This document shows, piece by piece, positions 42,429 through 52,895 of a DNA stretch of 64,000 nucleotides. The notes below the pieces were generated by a model, which did not search any database, was not told the origin of the DNA, and was given only the letters and a program-made list of their open reading frames with translations. Location of the stretch: the IMG/VR virus record IMGVR_UViG_3300046167_000876, one strand, 5' to 3'. Each line of letters begins with the position of its first letter. Position 1 is the first letter of the stretch. The translations under genes were made by a program, and so were the position numbers. The stretch comes from a virus.

Positions 42429-44000
42429 ATGTCAGAGTTAAAAAAAGTAATACGTCAAGAGTATCTTAGATGTGCTAAAGACCCAGTACATTTTATGCGT
42501 AAGTATTGTTATATACAGCATCCTCAACGTGGACGTATACAATTTAATTTATACCCTTTTCAAGAAAAAGTATTAACGTTATTTCAAAATAATGATTATA
42601 GTGCTATATTAAAGTCTAGACAATTAGGAATATCAACATTAACTGCTGGTTACTCATTATGGTTAATGACATTCCATAAAGATCGAAATGTATTAGCACT
42701 AGCAACTACACAGGCAACAGCAAGAAATCTAGTAACAAAAGTTCAGTTTATGTGGGAAAATTTACCCTCGTGGCTTAAAGTAGATTCTGCAGAAAATAAT
42801 AAATTATCTTTACGATTAAAAAATGGTTCAAAAATTCAAGCAAAATCATCTAATGCCGATGCCGCAAGATCAGAAGCAGTATCTTTATTAATTATTGATG
42901 AAGCTGCTTTTATTGATAATATTGCTGAAACATGGGCTTCTGCACAACAAACCCTAGCAACGGGTGGTGGGGCAATTGTATTATCAACCCCTTATGGTAC
43001 AGGTAATTGGTTTCATCAAACTTGGGTTAAAGCTGAAAATGGAGAAAATGAATTTTTACCTATTAAATTACCTTGGTATGTACATCCAGAACGAGACCAA
43101 TCATGGAGAGATTCTCAGGATTCCTTATTAGGTGATCCTAGATTAGCAGCTCAAGAATGTGATTGTGATTTTAGTACATCTGGTGATATAGTATTTTACA
43201 ATGAATATTTAGAATATTATGAAAAAAGTTTTATTAAAGATCCATTAGAGCGCAGAGGAGCAGATCAAAATCTTTGGGTTTGGGAAAATGCTGATTATAC
43301 TAGATCTTATATGGTTGTAGCTGATGTTGCTCGGGGGGATGGAAAAGATTTTTCTACATGCCATGTAATGGATGTTGAAACAAATGTACAAGTTGCTGAA
43401 TATAAAGGACAAATAGGTACTAAAGAATTTGGACATTTATTAGTAGGTTTAGCTACTGAATATAATGAAGCATTATTAGTAATAGAAAATGCTAATATTG
43501 GTTGGGCAACTATACAAGTTGCTATTGATAGACAATACTCTAACCTTTATTATTCACAAAAGAGTGGAGAAGCAAATGCTAATTCGTATTTTGATAAATA
43601 CCAAGACCATTCAAAAATGGTAGCTGGTTTTACTATGTCATCTAGAACTAGACCTATGGTAATAGGTAAATTTCAAGAATATATAGCAGATAAAAGTGTA
43701 ACTATTCAATCAAAAAGATTAGTTGAAGAAATGAAAGTATTTGTTTGGAAAAATGGTAGAGCAGAAGCACAAACTGGTTATAATGATGATTTAGTAATGG
43801 CTTTTGGTACTGCTATGTATATTAGAGATACAGCATTAAAATTTAAACAAAGAGGATTGGATTTAACCAAATCCACATTAAATAACATGAAAGTAAATAG
43901 AACTCCATATCAGGGTAGTTATGGTTTCTCACAGGGTATAGATAATCCTTACCATATAAAAACTAAAGATGGTAAAGAAGATATTAGTTGGCTCCTGTAG
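42429..44000 (+). CDS. gp17: Terminase large subunit (T4 gp17-like)
   Basis: LYPFQ, KSRQLGIST Walker A, IIDEAAF Walker B, LSTPYG, VADVARG, NDDLVMA. Confidence 0.95.
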   Translation: MSELKKVIRQEYLRCAKDPVHFMRKYCYIQHPQRGRIQFNLYPFQEKVLTLFQNNDYSAILKSRQLGISTLTAGYSLWLMTFHKDRNVLALATTQATARNLVTKVQFMWENLPSWLKVDSAENNKLSLRLKNGSKIQAKSSNADAARSEAVSLLIIDEAAFIDNIAETWASAQQTLATGGGAIVLSTPYGTGNWFHQTWVKAENGENEFLPIKLPWYVHPERDQSWRDSQDSLLGDPRLAAQECDCDFSTSGDIVFYNEYLEYYEKSFIKDPLERRGADQNLWVWENADYTRSYMVVADVARGDGKDFSTCHVMDVETNVQVAEYKGQIGTKEFGHLLVGLATEYNEALLVIENANIGWATIQVAIDRQYSNLYYSQKSGEANANSYFDKYQDHSKMVAGFTMSSRTRPMVIGKFQEYIADKSVTIQSKRLVEEMKVFVWKNGRAEAQTGYNDDLVMAFGTAMYIRDTALKFKQRGLDLTKSTLNNMKVNRTPYQGSYGFSQGIDNPYHIKTKDGKEDISWLL

Positions 44001-44002
44001 TA

Positions 44003-44011
44003 ATATTTATA
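44003..44011 (+). promoter_or_regulatory. Putative late promoter ATATTTATA
   Basis: 16 nt upstream of the portal ATG. Confidence 0.65.
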
Positions 44012-44027
44012 ATAATAATAATAAATT

Positions 44028-45917
44028 ATGGCTGATAAAAGCGTATTTAACAGATTAAAAAGATTATTTTCAACAGATGTAGTAATCAGAAATGTTGGTG
44101 GAAACCAAATTAAGACTATTGACTCAGGTCATGTCCAATCCAGTGGTGAATATGAAACTAATGCATTAGTAGATAGATACAATAGAATATACTCTACTGC
44201 ACCCTCTTCTTTATATGGAGCTCAATTTAACTTAAATTATCAATATTTAAGAACAATGATCTATTCAGAATATGATGTAATGGATCAAGATGCTATTATT
44301 GCTTCTGCCTTAGATATATTAGCTGATGAATCTACACTTAAAAATGATATGGGTGAAGTATTATCTATACGAAGTGCTAATGAAGATATTCAAAAAATAT
44401 TATATAATCTATTTTATGATGTATTAAATATTGAATTTAATATGTGGATGTGGATACGTCAAATGTGCAAATATGGAGATTTTTTCTTAAAATTAGAAAT
44501 TGCTGAAAAATTTGGTGTATACAATGTTATACCTTATACTGCTTATCATATGGAAAGACAAGAAGGATATGATGAAAAAAATCCAGCAGCCATTAGATAT
44601 TTATATAATCCAGAAGGAATTAATGGAGGTGGTAGTGTAGGTTCTGGGTATTACACAGTAAACCAAAACCCAGATAATACCACAGGAATTGTGTTTGATA
44701 ATTATGAAATGGCTCATTTCAGATTAGTAGGAGATGTCAATTATTTACCTTATGGTAGAGCATATATTGAACCTGCCAGAAAATTATATAAACAATATTC
44801 TTTAATGGAAGATGCAATGTTAATTCACAGAATTGCTCGCGCCCCAGAAAAAAGAGTATTTTATGTAAATGTTGGAGCTATTCCTCCTAATGAAATAGAA
44901 ACTTTTATGCAAAAAACTATTTCAAGTATGAAACGTACTCCTATGATAGATGAAAAAACAGGAGAGTATAACTTGAAATATAACATGCAAAATATGTTAG
45001 AAGATTTTTATATACCTGTTCGTGGTAATGATAATACAACAAAAATAGATACCTCCCCGGGATTACAATATGATGGAATACAAGATGTAGAATATTTAAG
45101 AGGTAAATTATTTGCCGCTTTAAAAATTCCAAAAGCTTTTTTAGGATATGAAGAAGGTATAGAAGGAAAAGCAACTTTAGCTCAACAAGATATTAGATTT
45201 GCACGTACTATTGATAGAATCCAAAGAATTATATTATCTGAACTTAATAAAATTGCATTAGTTCACCTATATACCCAAGGATACACAGACGAATCTTTGA
45301 CTAATTTTACTTTAAATATGACTACTCCTTCTATCATTTATGATCAAGAAAGAATTGAGTTAATGAAGTCAAAAGCAGAATTATCTGCTACTTTATTAGA
45401 ACAAGGTTTAGTCCCATCTGATTGGATTTACGATAATATTTATCACTTTAGTGAAGACCAATATGATGAATATAGAGATCTAGTTAGAGAAGATGCTAAA
45501 CGTAAATTTAGATTAGCACAAATCGAAGCTGAAGGAAATGACCCAGTTGAAACAGGAAAATCCTATGGTACACCTCATGATTTAGCTGCATTATATGGTA
45601 AAGGAAGAACAATGTCTGATCCTGGTAATGTACCTGATGGGTATAATGAAAAATCTGAATTAGGTCGCCCTATAGATTCTATTACTAAAAGAAATAAACA
45701 AAAAGATAATTTTGGTAAAGATAGATTAGGAGTAAAACGAATGAAAGATACCGATAAAAATGAAGGTAGCAACCCACTTTCAGAATTCGAAAGCCCTAAA
45801 GTAACTTTCTTAAAAAATAAAGATATTTTTAAATCTTTAAGTAAAAAAAAGTTAATTTTTGAAGAAGATAAAGATGATTCTAATTTATTAGATGAATCCC
45901 AATTGAAGGAACAATAA
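44028..45917 (+). CDS. gp20: Portal protein (T4 gp20-like)
   Basis: LMEDAMLIHRIARAPEKRVFYVNVG, MLEDFYIP, DVEYLRGKLFAALKIP, DIRFAR. Confidence 0.95.
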   Translation: MADKSVFNRLKRLFSTDVVIRNVGGNQIKTIDSGHVQSSGEYETNALVDRYNRIYSTAPSSLYGAQFNLNYQYLRTMIYSEYDVMDQDAIIASALDILADESTLKNDMGEVLSIRSANEDIQKILYNLFYDVLNIEFNMWMWIRQMCKYGDFFLKLEIAEKFGVYNVIPYTAYHMERQEGYDEKNPAAIRYLYNPEGINGGGSVGSGYYTVNQNPDNTTGIVFDNYEMAHFRLVGDVNYLPYGRAYIEPARKLYKQYSLMEDAMLIHRIARAPEKRVFYVNVGAIPPNEIETFMQKTISSMKRTPMIDEKTGEYNLKYNMQNMLEDFYIPVRGNDNTTKIDTSPGLQYDGIQDVEYLRGKLFAALKIPKAFLGYEEGIEGKATLAQQDIRFARTIDRIQRIILSELNKIALVHLYTQGYTDESLTNFTLNMTTPSIIYDQERIELMKSKAELSATLLEQGLVPSDWIYDNIYHFSEDQYDEYRDLVREDAKRKFRLAQIEAEGNDPVETGKSYGTPHDLAALYGKGRTMSDPGNVPDGYNEKSELGRPIDSITKRNKQKDNFGKDRLGVKRMKDTDKNEGSNPLSEFESPKVTFLKNKDIFKSLSKKKLIFEEDKDDSNLLDESQLKEQ

Positions 45918-45924
45918 TTTTTAT

Positions 45925-45933
45925 ATATTTATA
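45925..45933 (+). promoter_or_regulatory. Putative late promoter ATATTTATA
   Basis: 15 nt upstream of ATG 45949. Confidence 0.65.
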
Positions 45934-45948
45934 ATAAAATATTTTTTA

Positions 45949-46812
45949 ATGAATATTAAACACTCAAAATACAAAAATACAGGAATTCTTTTTGAATTAC
46001 TAGTACGCCAAATTACTGCTGATACTCTTAAAGGTAGTAATTCACCCGCTATAGATATATTAAAAGAATATTTTGTTAATACTTCTTTAGGAAAAGAATA
46101 TAAACTGTATGAATCTATACTTAAATCTAAAGTAATAACTGAAGGTAGAGCTACATTAGTTATTGATACTTTATTAGAGGCATCTACTAAATTTAATAGA
46201 AAATCTTTAAAAAAACAAAAGTATAATTTAATTAATGAAATTAAAAAACATTATAATTTAGAATCCTTTTTTGGTTCTAAAATTACAAATTATAAAGAAT
46301 TAGCTGCTTTATATACTTTAATAGAAAATATTAATTCTAAATCTATATCAAATCCAACACAGTTAGTTGATAATAAAATTACTTTATTAGAACATTTAAC
46401 TAAAAAAGAAGTTACTCAAGATTCAAAACAAACAGTACTTGAAGAATTTTCTACATATGATAAAGATGTAAGAACCCTTACATATAAAGTATTATTGGAA
46501 AAATTTAATGATAAGTATGATAATTTAACCCCACAACAAAAACAAATTCTTAAAGAATATATTAATTCTGTAGATTCAACTCCTGATTTAAGAAATTTTT
46601 ACAATTCTAAAATTATAGATTTAAAATCTATGCTAAAAGAATCAATTAAAAATATTAAAGATAAAGCTACTCAAGTTAAAATAGTTGAAGTATCTAAATT
46701 TTTAGTTGAATTGAAAAAAACAGATAAAGTTGGAGATGATAATTTAGTTGATTTGTTGCGTTACTATCAATTAATAAATGAAATACAAATAGCAAATGGC
46801 TCTCAAGTATAA
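45949..46812 (+). CDS. Conserved head-module protein (possible prohead core component)
   Basis: MNIKHSKYKNTGILFELLVRQI; lies between portal and protease. Confidence 0.55.
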   Translation: MNIKHSKYKNTGILFELLVRQITADTLKGSNSPAIDILKEYFVNTSLGKEYKLYESILKSKVITEGRATLVIDTLLEASTKFNRKSLKKQKYNLINEIKKHYNLESFFGSKITNYKELAALYTLIENINSKSISNPTQLVDNKITLLEHLTKKEVTQDSKQTVLEEFSTYDKDVRTLTYKVLLEKFNDKYDNLTPQQKQILKEYINSVDSTPDLRNFYNSKIIDLKSMLKESIKNIKDKATQVKIVEVSKFLVELKKTDKVGDDNLVDLLRYYQLINEIQIANGSQV

Positions 46813-47584
46813 ACTTAAAGAAGCACCTTCTCCTAATTTAGCTAACCAAGTTGGAGCTAAAATTGGTGATGTATCTTATTCTAAAGATGGAGATACTAAA
46901 TTTATAGTTAATTCTATAGATAAAGAAACAGGTCAAATAGGATGGAAAGTAATTGAACTCCCAGCATTTGATAAATTAAATGATGATGTAGATGAATTAG
47001 TTTCCACAGCTAAAGGAGTTTATACTAAAACCAAATCAGACGAAGAGTTTAGAAAAATATACGAAGAAGCTAGATTATTAAGAAATAAAATTAGAAAACA
47101 TCTTCGTAATGAATACCCAGATGAGTACAAAAGAATGACTATGGAAGGGGAAATTGAAGAAATGTCTACTACGGGAGGTGGAGCTGGGTCAGCTAGTTTT
47201 ACTAGTGGCACAGGAATGCAGTATGCTACACCTTATGCTTTTAAATTACCTAAAAAACAAAAAAAAATTGTACCTGAAGGTAATGAAGAAGCTATTACTT
47301 ATTTTCAACAAGCAATAAAGTTAAGTCATACTAATAAAGTAAGAAACCTTATATTAAAAGCTGCTAAAGAATTAGGGTTAGAAATCCCTAAAGTATGGAC
47401 AGAAACTGTAAATGAAAATAACAAAAACCCAGGAGCAACATTAGGCCCAGGCCCTAAAGCAACAGAGGATGGAGTTAAAGATAATGCATATGTAAAACAA
47501 TTTAAATACAAATTAGTTCCTAAAACAAAAGATGGTACTTATGTACAGAAAGGTTCAGGGCTCGAAGTAAATAAATTATTTTAA
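46796..47584 (+). CDS. Modular head-region protein (leader MALKYKLKE)
   Basis: Junctions KLKE|, EIEE|, TVNE|. Confidence 0.5.
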   Translation: MALKYKLKEAPSPNLANQVGAKIGDVSYSKDGDTKFIVNSIDKETGQIGWKVIELPAFDKLNDDVDELVSTAKGVYTKTKSDEEFRKIYEEARLLRNKIRKHLRNEYPDEYKRMTMEGEIEEMSTTGGGAGSASFTSGTGMQYATPYAFKLPKKQKKIVPEGNEEAITYFQQAIKLSHTNKVRNLILKAAKELGLEIPKVWTETVNENNKNPGATLGPGPKATEDGVKDNAYVKQFKYKLVPKTKDGTYVQKGSGLEVNKLF

Positions 47585-47585
47585 T

Positions 47586-47819
47586 ATGTATAATCGTAAT
47601 ATAAAAGAAAACGAAGATAAAGCATCTAAATTCCATGAGGAACGTATAGAAGCTTTTGATAAATTAGAAGCTAGATTTGAAGATATTAAAAAAGCAATCA
47701 AACTAGGTAAAATAGAAACAATAAAATACTATAGAGATAATCCTAATAGTTTTAGTGTTGTAATAGGCACAGATATGATTAACGATTATTTTAACGACAT
47801 TGAAACATTATTACAATAA
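47586..47819 (+). CDS. Small hypothetical head-region protein (MYNRNIKE leader)
   Basis: 77-aa ORF; its ATG lies within an ATATGTATA motif. Confidence 0.5.
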   Translation: MYNRNIKENEDKASKFHEERIEAFDKLEARFEDIKKAIKLGKIETIKYYRDNPNSFSVVIGTDMINDYFNDIETLLQ

Positions 47820-47828
47820 ATATAAATT

Positions 47829-49229
47829 ATGAAATCACCAGAAAAATTACATAAGGAATTAACAGAAAAATTAATTACTGAAAATTATATTGATTTAAAC
47901 CCAATTACAACTTTTGAAGCAACTCCAAAAGCGGATTTTGAAACTAAGTTTGCTCAGTTTTTAGCAGAAAAAAAAGGGGAAGAATTAAAACCTGTTGTTA
48001 ATACAGATGAATCAATTAATACTCTAAAAGATTCAGAAGGAATATCTGCAGATTCTAAAGCTAAATTTGAAGGTAAAGGATTTCAAGCTTCTTATAAAGT
48101 AGATAAAACTTTAGAAAATATTGATTCTCATAATTATGATTATGATACTACTATAGAAAATATTAATAATGTTAATGGTGAAGAATTACTAAAAGGTGTT
48201 CAATTAGAAACTAGTTATAATAGTGAATTAACCTTAGATGAAGCTAAAGAGCTTGTAATTAAAAATTTATCTAAAGACCCTTTACATTATGTAAAAGAAG
48301 GTCAATTTGGTGTTAAAGGTTTAGGATACACAGAAGCTAAAACACAAAAAGTAGATGGTAAACATGCCGCTAGTGGTTATAGTGAAAAACTAAAAGATAG
48401 TGATAATACATTTGATTTAGTAAAAGAAAACTATAGTTTTGATGAAGCAAGAGAAAGAGCAATTGAAGCTTCTCAAAGAGAAGCAGGAATTGAAGAAGAT
48501 AAAAGACCAGATTATCCAGATGTAGATGGAGATGGTGATACTAAAGAACCAATGGAAAAAGCACTTAAGGATAAAAAAGAAAAAAAGAAAAGAATGAAAA
48601 AAGAAAGTATAGATTCTAAATTAGCTGAAATAGGAAAAGAAGCAGAAGCTGTAAAATTAGAAGCTCAGTTAGATTTTTTACATGATCATATTCAAGAAAA
48701 AGTAAATAGAGTTAGTTCAATTCAGGAAGATGAAAATTTAAGTGAATTAATTGACAAAGTCAAAATGAAACAAATGCAAAAAGAAATCAAGCTTTTAGAA
48801 AAAAGAAAAGCTAAGATGGAAAAAATTTACGAAAAATCTTGTGGTAAAAAATATGCTAAAAAAGAAATGGTAGATGAAAATGAAGTAGAATCTATTAATG
48901 AAATTGGTGCAAATGATATGGTTGTAAGCTATAGAGATGAGGAAAAAATTCCTATTAAGTTTACAGGTTTTGAAGCTTTTGATGGAAGAGATGGTGGACA
49001 GGATACAACAGACAATCAAGGTAGATTTGTTGTAAGAATGAAAGCTGAAAGAGTTGATGGCCAAAAATTAGCAGGCAAGGATAAATTCTCAGTTCAGGTA
49101 GTGACTAACCCAGGTGTTTCTAAAATAACACCAGATGGTACTATTCCCTTTCCTGATCATGATAGATACTCTTCACCAGAAGTTGTAGATTATGGAAATA
49201 CTATTAAATATATAAAAGATAATATTTAA
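47829..49229 (+). CDS. Modular putative prohead core/internal protein with a DxDxDG Ca-binding-like loop
   Basis: PDVDGDGDTKE; junctions LITE|, FLAE|, LVKE|, GIEE|, SINE|. Confidence 0.55.
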   Translation: MKSPEKLHKELTEKLITENYIDLNPITTFEATPKADFETKFAQFLAEKKGEELKPVVNTDESINTLKDSEGISADSKAKFEGKGFQASYKVDKTLENIDSHNYDYDTTIENINNVNGEELLKGVQLETSYNSELTLDEAKELVIKNLSKDPLHYVKEGQFGVKGLGYTEAKTQKVDGKHAASGYSEKLKDSDNTFDLVKENYSFDEARERAIEASQREAGIEEDKRPDYPDVDGDGDTKEPMEKALKDKKEKKKRMKKESIDSKLAEIGKEAEAVKLEAQLDFLHDHIQEKVNRVSSIQEDENLSELIDKVKMKQMQKEIKLLEKRKAKMEKIYEKSCGKKYAKKEMVDENEVESINEIGANDMVVSYRDEEKIPIKFTGFEAFDGRDGGQDTTDNQGRFVVRMKAERVDGQKLAGKDKFSVQVVTNPGVSKITPDGTIPFPDHDRYSSPEVVDYGNTIKYIKDNI

Positions 49230-49230
49230 A

Positions 49231-49836
49231 ATGAGTAAATCTCTTTTAATAGAAACAAATACCTTTAAAATTAACCCTCTCCAGTTAACAGAAAATGTTA
49301 ACAAGGAGACGGGTAATTTAATGGTTGAAGGAATTTTAGCTACTGCTGAAGTTAAAAATGGAAATGGTAGATATTATTCAAAAGATCTATGGGATAGAGA
49401 AATGGATAAATATAATGAACTTATTGAACAGAGACGTTCAATGGGGGAATTAGATCATCCTGAATCAACTGTTATAAATTTAAAAAATGTATCTCATCTA
49501 ATATCAGATTACTGGTGGGATGGAGATAATGTAATGGGTAAAATAGAAATTCTACCTACTCCTTCAGGTCATATTCTTAAGGAATTAATTAAAGCAGGTG
49601 TAACAGTAGGTGTTTCATCTAGAGGTATGGGTTCATTAGAACAAAGAGGTGAAATAATGGAAGTACAAGATGACTTTGAATTATTATGTTGGGATTTTGT
49701 ATCAACTCCTTCAAATCCCGGTTCTTTTATGCATACTTTAAATGAAGGTAAAAATATAATTACCTATGATTATACAAATATTAATAAAGTAATACATGAA
49801 ATTCTTTGCTCTAAAGGTTCTTGTCCTATTTTTTAA
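49231..49836 (+). CDS. gp21: Prohead core protease (T4 gp21-like)
   Basis: KNGNGRYY, GELDHP, ILPTPSG, GVSSRGMGS, DFVSTPS. Confidence 0.95.
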   Translation: MSKSLLIETNTFKINPLQLTENVNKETGNLMVEGILATAEVKNGNGRYYSKDLWDREMDKYNELIEQRRSMGELDHPESTVINLKNVSHLISDYWWDGDNVMGKIEILPTPSGHILKELIKAGVTVGVSSRGMGSLEQRGEIMEVQDDFELLCWDFVSTPSNPGSFMHTLNEGKNIITYDYTNINKVIHEILCSKGSCPIF

Positions 49837-49854
49837 TTTTTCCTTAATTTACAT

Positions 49855-49937
49855 ATACGTATAATTGCAATGTGTCATGAGTATCTAGATATGACACCAA
49901 TATATATTATTCCCTATTACGATTCCTAATAATCGTA
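49855..49937 (+). promoter_or_regulatory. Late promoter variant ATACGTATA followed by a two-hairpin leader before the scaffold/capsid genes
   Basis: gtgtcat(49872-78)/atgacac(49891-97) and tacgatt(49918-24)/aatcgta(49931-37). Confidence 0.45.
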
Positions 49938-49961
49938 TTTCACAAAAAAAATTTTGAGATT

Positions 49962-51134
49962 ATGGCAAACAATGATTTGTTAAAAGAAGCAATCGCTGAT
50001 GCTAAAGCTGTTAAAGAAACTGCTATAGCAAATGCAAAACTTGCTCTTGAAGAAGCATTCACACCACATTTAAAATCTATGCTATCTGCAAAATTAGAAG
50101 AAATGGATAAAGAAGACGTTGACGAAGGATACGGTAAAAAGTATGAAGAAGACGACGTTAAAGAAGAAATGGATTCTAAAGATGATATGAAAGAAGAGAA
50201 AGAAGAAATGGATGAAGCTAAAGAAGAGCTTGACGAGATTAACCTTGACGAATTACTTGCTGAACTTGAATTGGATGAAGACAAACGTACAGATGCTGAA
50301 CAAGAAGGCTATAAGGACGGATTCGAAGACGCTAAAGACGACATCGAAAAAGAACTTAAATCTATGAAAGTATCAGAAGCAAAAGACGAAGACGACAAAA
50401 TGGAAGAAGCTAAAAAAGCTGACGACAAAGAAGAAGTTAAGGAAGATGCTAGAACTGATGCCGAAGAAGAAGGCTACAAAGATGGTATGAAGGACGAAAA
50501 AGAAGACATGGAAGATGACATGGACGACGAGGAAATTGACCTTGAAGAAATGTCAGAAGATGACTTAAAAGGATTCATTGAGGATGTTATTAAAGATTTA
50601 GTAACAGACGGAACAATTGAAGCTGGTGAGGATTTTGAAGAGGAAGATGTTGAAGACGAAGTTGAAGTTGAAGACGATGTGGAAGTTGATGTAGAAATTG
50701 ACGAAGCAGTTGACGGCGAAAAAGGTGTTGGAAACGAAGATGGAGACAAAGATGACTCCAAAGTTGAGAAAGAAACTGAAAAAATGAGATTTAAAGAAGC
50801 ATTAGATGAAATCCAAGCTCTTAAAGTTGAATTACAAGAAGTTAATTTACTTAATGCTAAGTTACTTTACACAAACAAAGTATTCAAATCTAAAAACTTA
50901 ACTGAAGACAAAAAAGTTAGAGTGCTTAAAGCATTTGATAAAGCGTCAACAGTAAAAGAAGCTAAAGTTATTTTTGATACCTTAAACGAAGGTTTAGTAT
51001 CAAAATCAGGAACTCCAGCAAGACCAAAAGGTAGTGCATCAAGAGCAACTGGAACAGTAACTGAAGCTAAAAAACCTATTATTGAAAGCAATGATGTATA
51101 CAATCGTATGCGTAAACTTGCTGGATTAATTTAA
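49962..51134 (+). CDS. Prohead scaffold/core protein (gp22-like position)
   Basis: Very acidic coiled coil between protease and major capsid; LLKEAIADAKAVKETA..EVNLLNAKLLY. Confidence 0.75.
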   Translation: MANNDLLKEAIADAKAVKETAIANAKLALEEAFTPHLKSMLSAKLEEMDKEDVDEGYGKKYEEDDVKEEMDSKDDMKEEKEEMDEAKEELDEINLDELLAELELDEDKRTDAEQEGYKDGFEDAKDDIEKELKSMKVSEAKDEDDKMEEAKKADDKEEVKEDARTDAEEEGYKDGMKDEKEDMEDDMDDEEIDLEEMSEDDLKGFIEDVIKDLVTDGTIEAGEDFEEEDVEDEVEVEDDVEVDVEIDEAVDGEKGVGNEDGDKDDSKVEKETEKMRFKEALDEIQALKVELQEVNLLNAKLLYTNKVFKSKNLTEDKKVRVLKAFDKASTVKEAKVIFDTLNEGLVSKSGTPARPKGSASRATGTVTEAKKPIIESNDVYNRMRKLAGLI

Positions 51135-51175
51135 AAAACAATAAAAAATTTAATTAACCTTAAAAATTTAAAAAA

Positions 51176-52831
51176 ATGAGCTTAAATACTCTTTTAGAAA
51201 GCGCGAACCCATATCACTCAATGCAGAGTGACGCTGCTAAATTAGCAAACAAATGGGAAAAAACAGGTCTTTTAGAAGGTTTACAGGGTGCTAATAAAAG
51301 CAACATGGGAATTATTCTAGAAAACCAAGCAAAACAACTTGTAGTAGAGGAATCTAATACTGGTGGTGGTGCTGGATCAGGTACTTTTACAGCAGGAACA
51401 GGTGCTCAATGGGCAGGTGTTGCTTTACCATTAGTAAGAAAAGTATTTGGACAGATTGCAGCGAAAGAATTCGTTAGCGTTCAACCAATGAACTTACCTT
51501 CTGGTCTTGTATTTTATCTAGATTTCCAATATGGAACTGATAAATCACCTTTTGCAAATGGACAATCTCTATATGGAAATGCTGGGACTAACCCATCAAC
51601 TGCTCCATTTGGAAACACTAATGCAGGTGGTCTTTACGGTGCAGGGAGATATGGTTACTCAATTAACCTAACTTCTTCTGTATTAGCAAATGCTGCTATT
51701 AGTTCAGGATCTGCATCTAACACAGATGTATATTTTGATTCTGATTTCACAGGATCTGTAGCTGCAGGACCTCAAGATATTGCTGGTGTAGCAAAAGTAA
51801 CTGTACTAACTTCTTCTATCGATGCTAACTTCGATCAAGAAGCACTAAAAAGTTTCTACCTAATTGGTGCAAACGCTCCAGCTATCTCTGCTCAGTACCC
51901 ACAATTTACTAAATTTAATGCTGATAGAGATGCAATCGAATTTATTGTACCAGCATTTAGTATTGTACCAGGAACTGATTCTGCTTTATCTTATTCATTA
52001 GCTCCACTGGACAATGAAAGAGGTGATTTCGAAGATGGAAATAACAACTTGAATGGTCAAAATACTCCAATCAAAATTCCAGAAATCAACGTACAGATGC
52101 AATCATCTGCTATTGTTGCTAAAACTAGAAAATTGAAAGCTGTTTGGACTCCTGAGTTCGCTCAAGATCTTAACGCTTACCACGCACTAGATGCTGAAGC
52201 TGAATTAACTTCTATCCTAAGTGAATATATTTCATTAGAAATTGACTTAGAAATTTTAGATATGTTAGTTGAGTCTGCTGCTGCTGGAACAGAAGTATGG
52301 TCTGCAGTTAACAACCAATCTATTACAGGAACAGGTAATGGAACATTCACAGATCTAGGATTCTATAATTCACAAGGACAATGGTTCCAAACATTAGGAA
52401 CTAAAATCCAAAAACTAAGTAACATCATTCACCAGAAAACTCTACGTGGTGGTGCTAACTTTATGGTAATTTCTCCAACAATCGGTACAATCCTAGAATC
52501 AATTCCTGGATATGCTGCTGATGCTGATGGTGATGTATCTAAAGCTACTTATGCATTTGGTGTACAAAAAGTTGGATCATTTAACGGAAGATATAAAGTA
52601 TACAAAAACCCTTATATGACTGAAAACCAAATCCTATTAGGATTTAGAGGTGCTCAGTTCCTAGAAACGGGTGCTGTATTTGCTCCATACATTCCATTAA
52701 TTATGACTCCTCTAGTATACGATCCAGAAACCTTTACTCCAAGAAAAGGATTGATGACTCGTTATGCTAAGAAAATGGTACGTCCTGAATTCTATGGTAA
52801 AATTTCAGTAAGTGGTTTGGATACTCTATAG
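51176..52831 (+). CDS. gp23: Major capsid protein (T4 gp23-like)
   Basis: VSVQPMNLPSGLVF, AKTRKLKAVWTPEFAQDL.A.H.LDAEAEL, FAPYIPL, FTPRKGLMTRYA. Confidence 0.95.
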   Translation: MSLNTLLESANPYHSMQSDAAKLANKWEKTGLLEGLQGANKSNMGIILENQAKQLVVEESNTGGGAGSGTFTAGTGAQWAGVALPLVRKVFGQIAAKEFVSVQPMNLPSGLVFYLDFQYGTDKSPFANGQSLYGNAGTNPSTAPFGNTNAGGLYGAGRYGYSINLTSSVLANAAISSGSASNTDVYFDSDFTGSVAAGPQDIAGVAKVTVLTSSIDANFDQEALKSFYLIGANAPAISAQYPQFTKFNADRDAIEFIVPAFSIVPGTDSALSYSLAPLDNERGDFEDGNNNLNGQNTPIKIPEINVQMQSSAIVAKTRKLKAVWTPEFAQDLNAYHALDAEAELTSILSEYISLEIDLEILDMLVESAAAGTEVWSAVNNQSITGTGNGTFTDLGFYNSQGQWFQTLGTKIQKLSNIIHQKTLRGGANFMVISPTIGTILESIPGYAADADGDVSKATYAFGVQKVGSFNGRYKVYKNPYMTENQILLGFRGAQFLETGAVFAPYIPLIMTPLVYDPETFTPRKGLMTRYAKKMVRPEFYGKISVSGLDTL

Positions 52832-52860
52832 TATTTAGATTAACTGAAATTTATAAAATT

Positions 52861-52888
52861 AACCCGGTCTTTGACCGGGTTTTTTTTT
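52861..52888 (+). terminator. Rho-independent terminator aacccggtc-ttt-gaccgggtt followed by a T run
   Basis: Perfect stem plus poly-T after the capsid gene. Confidence 0.9.
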
Positions 52889-52895
52889 ATTTTTC

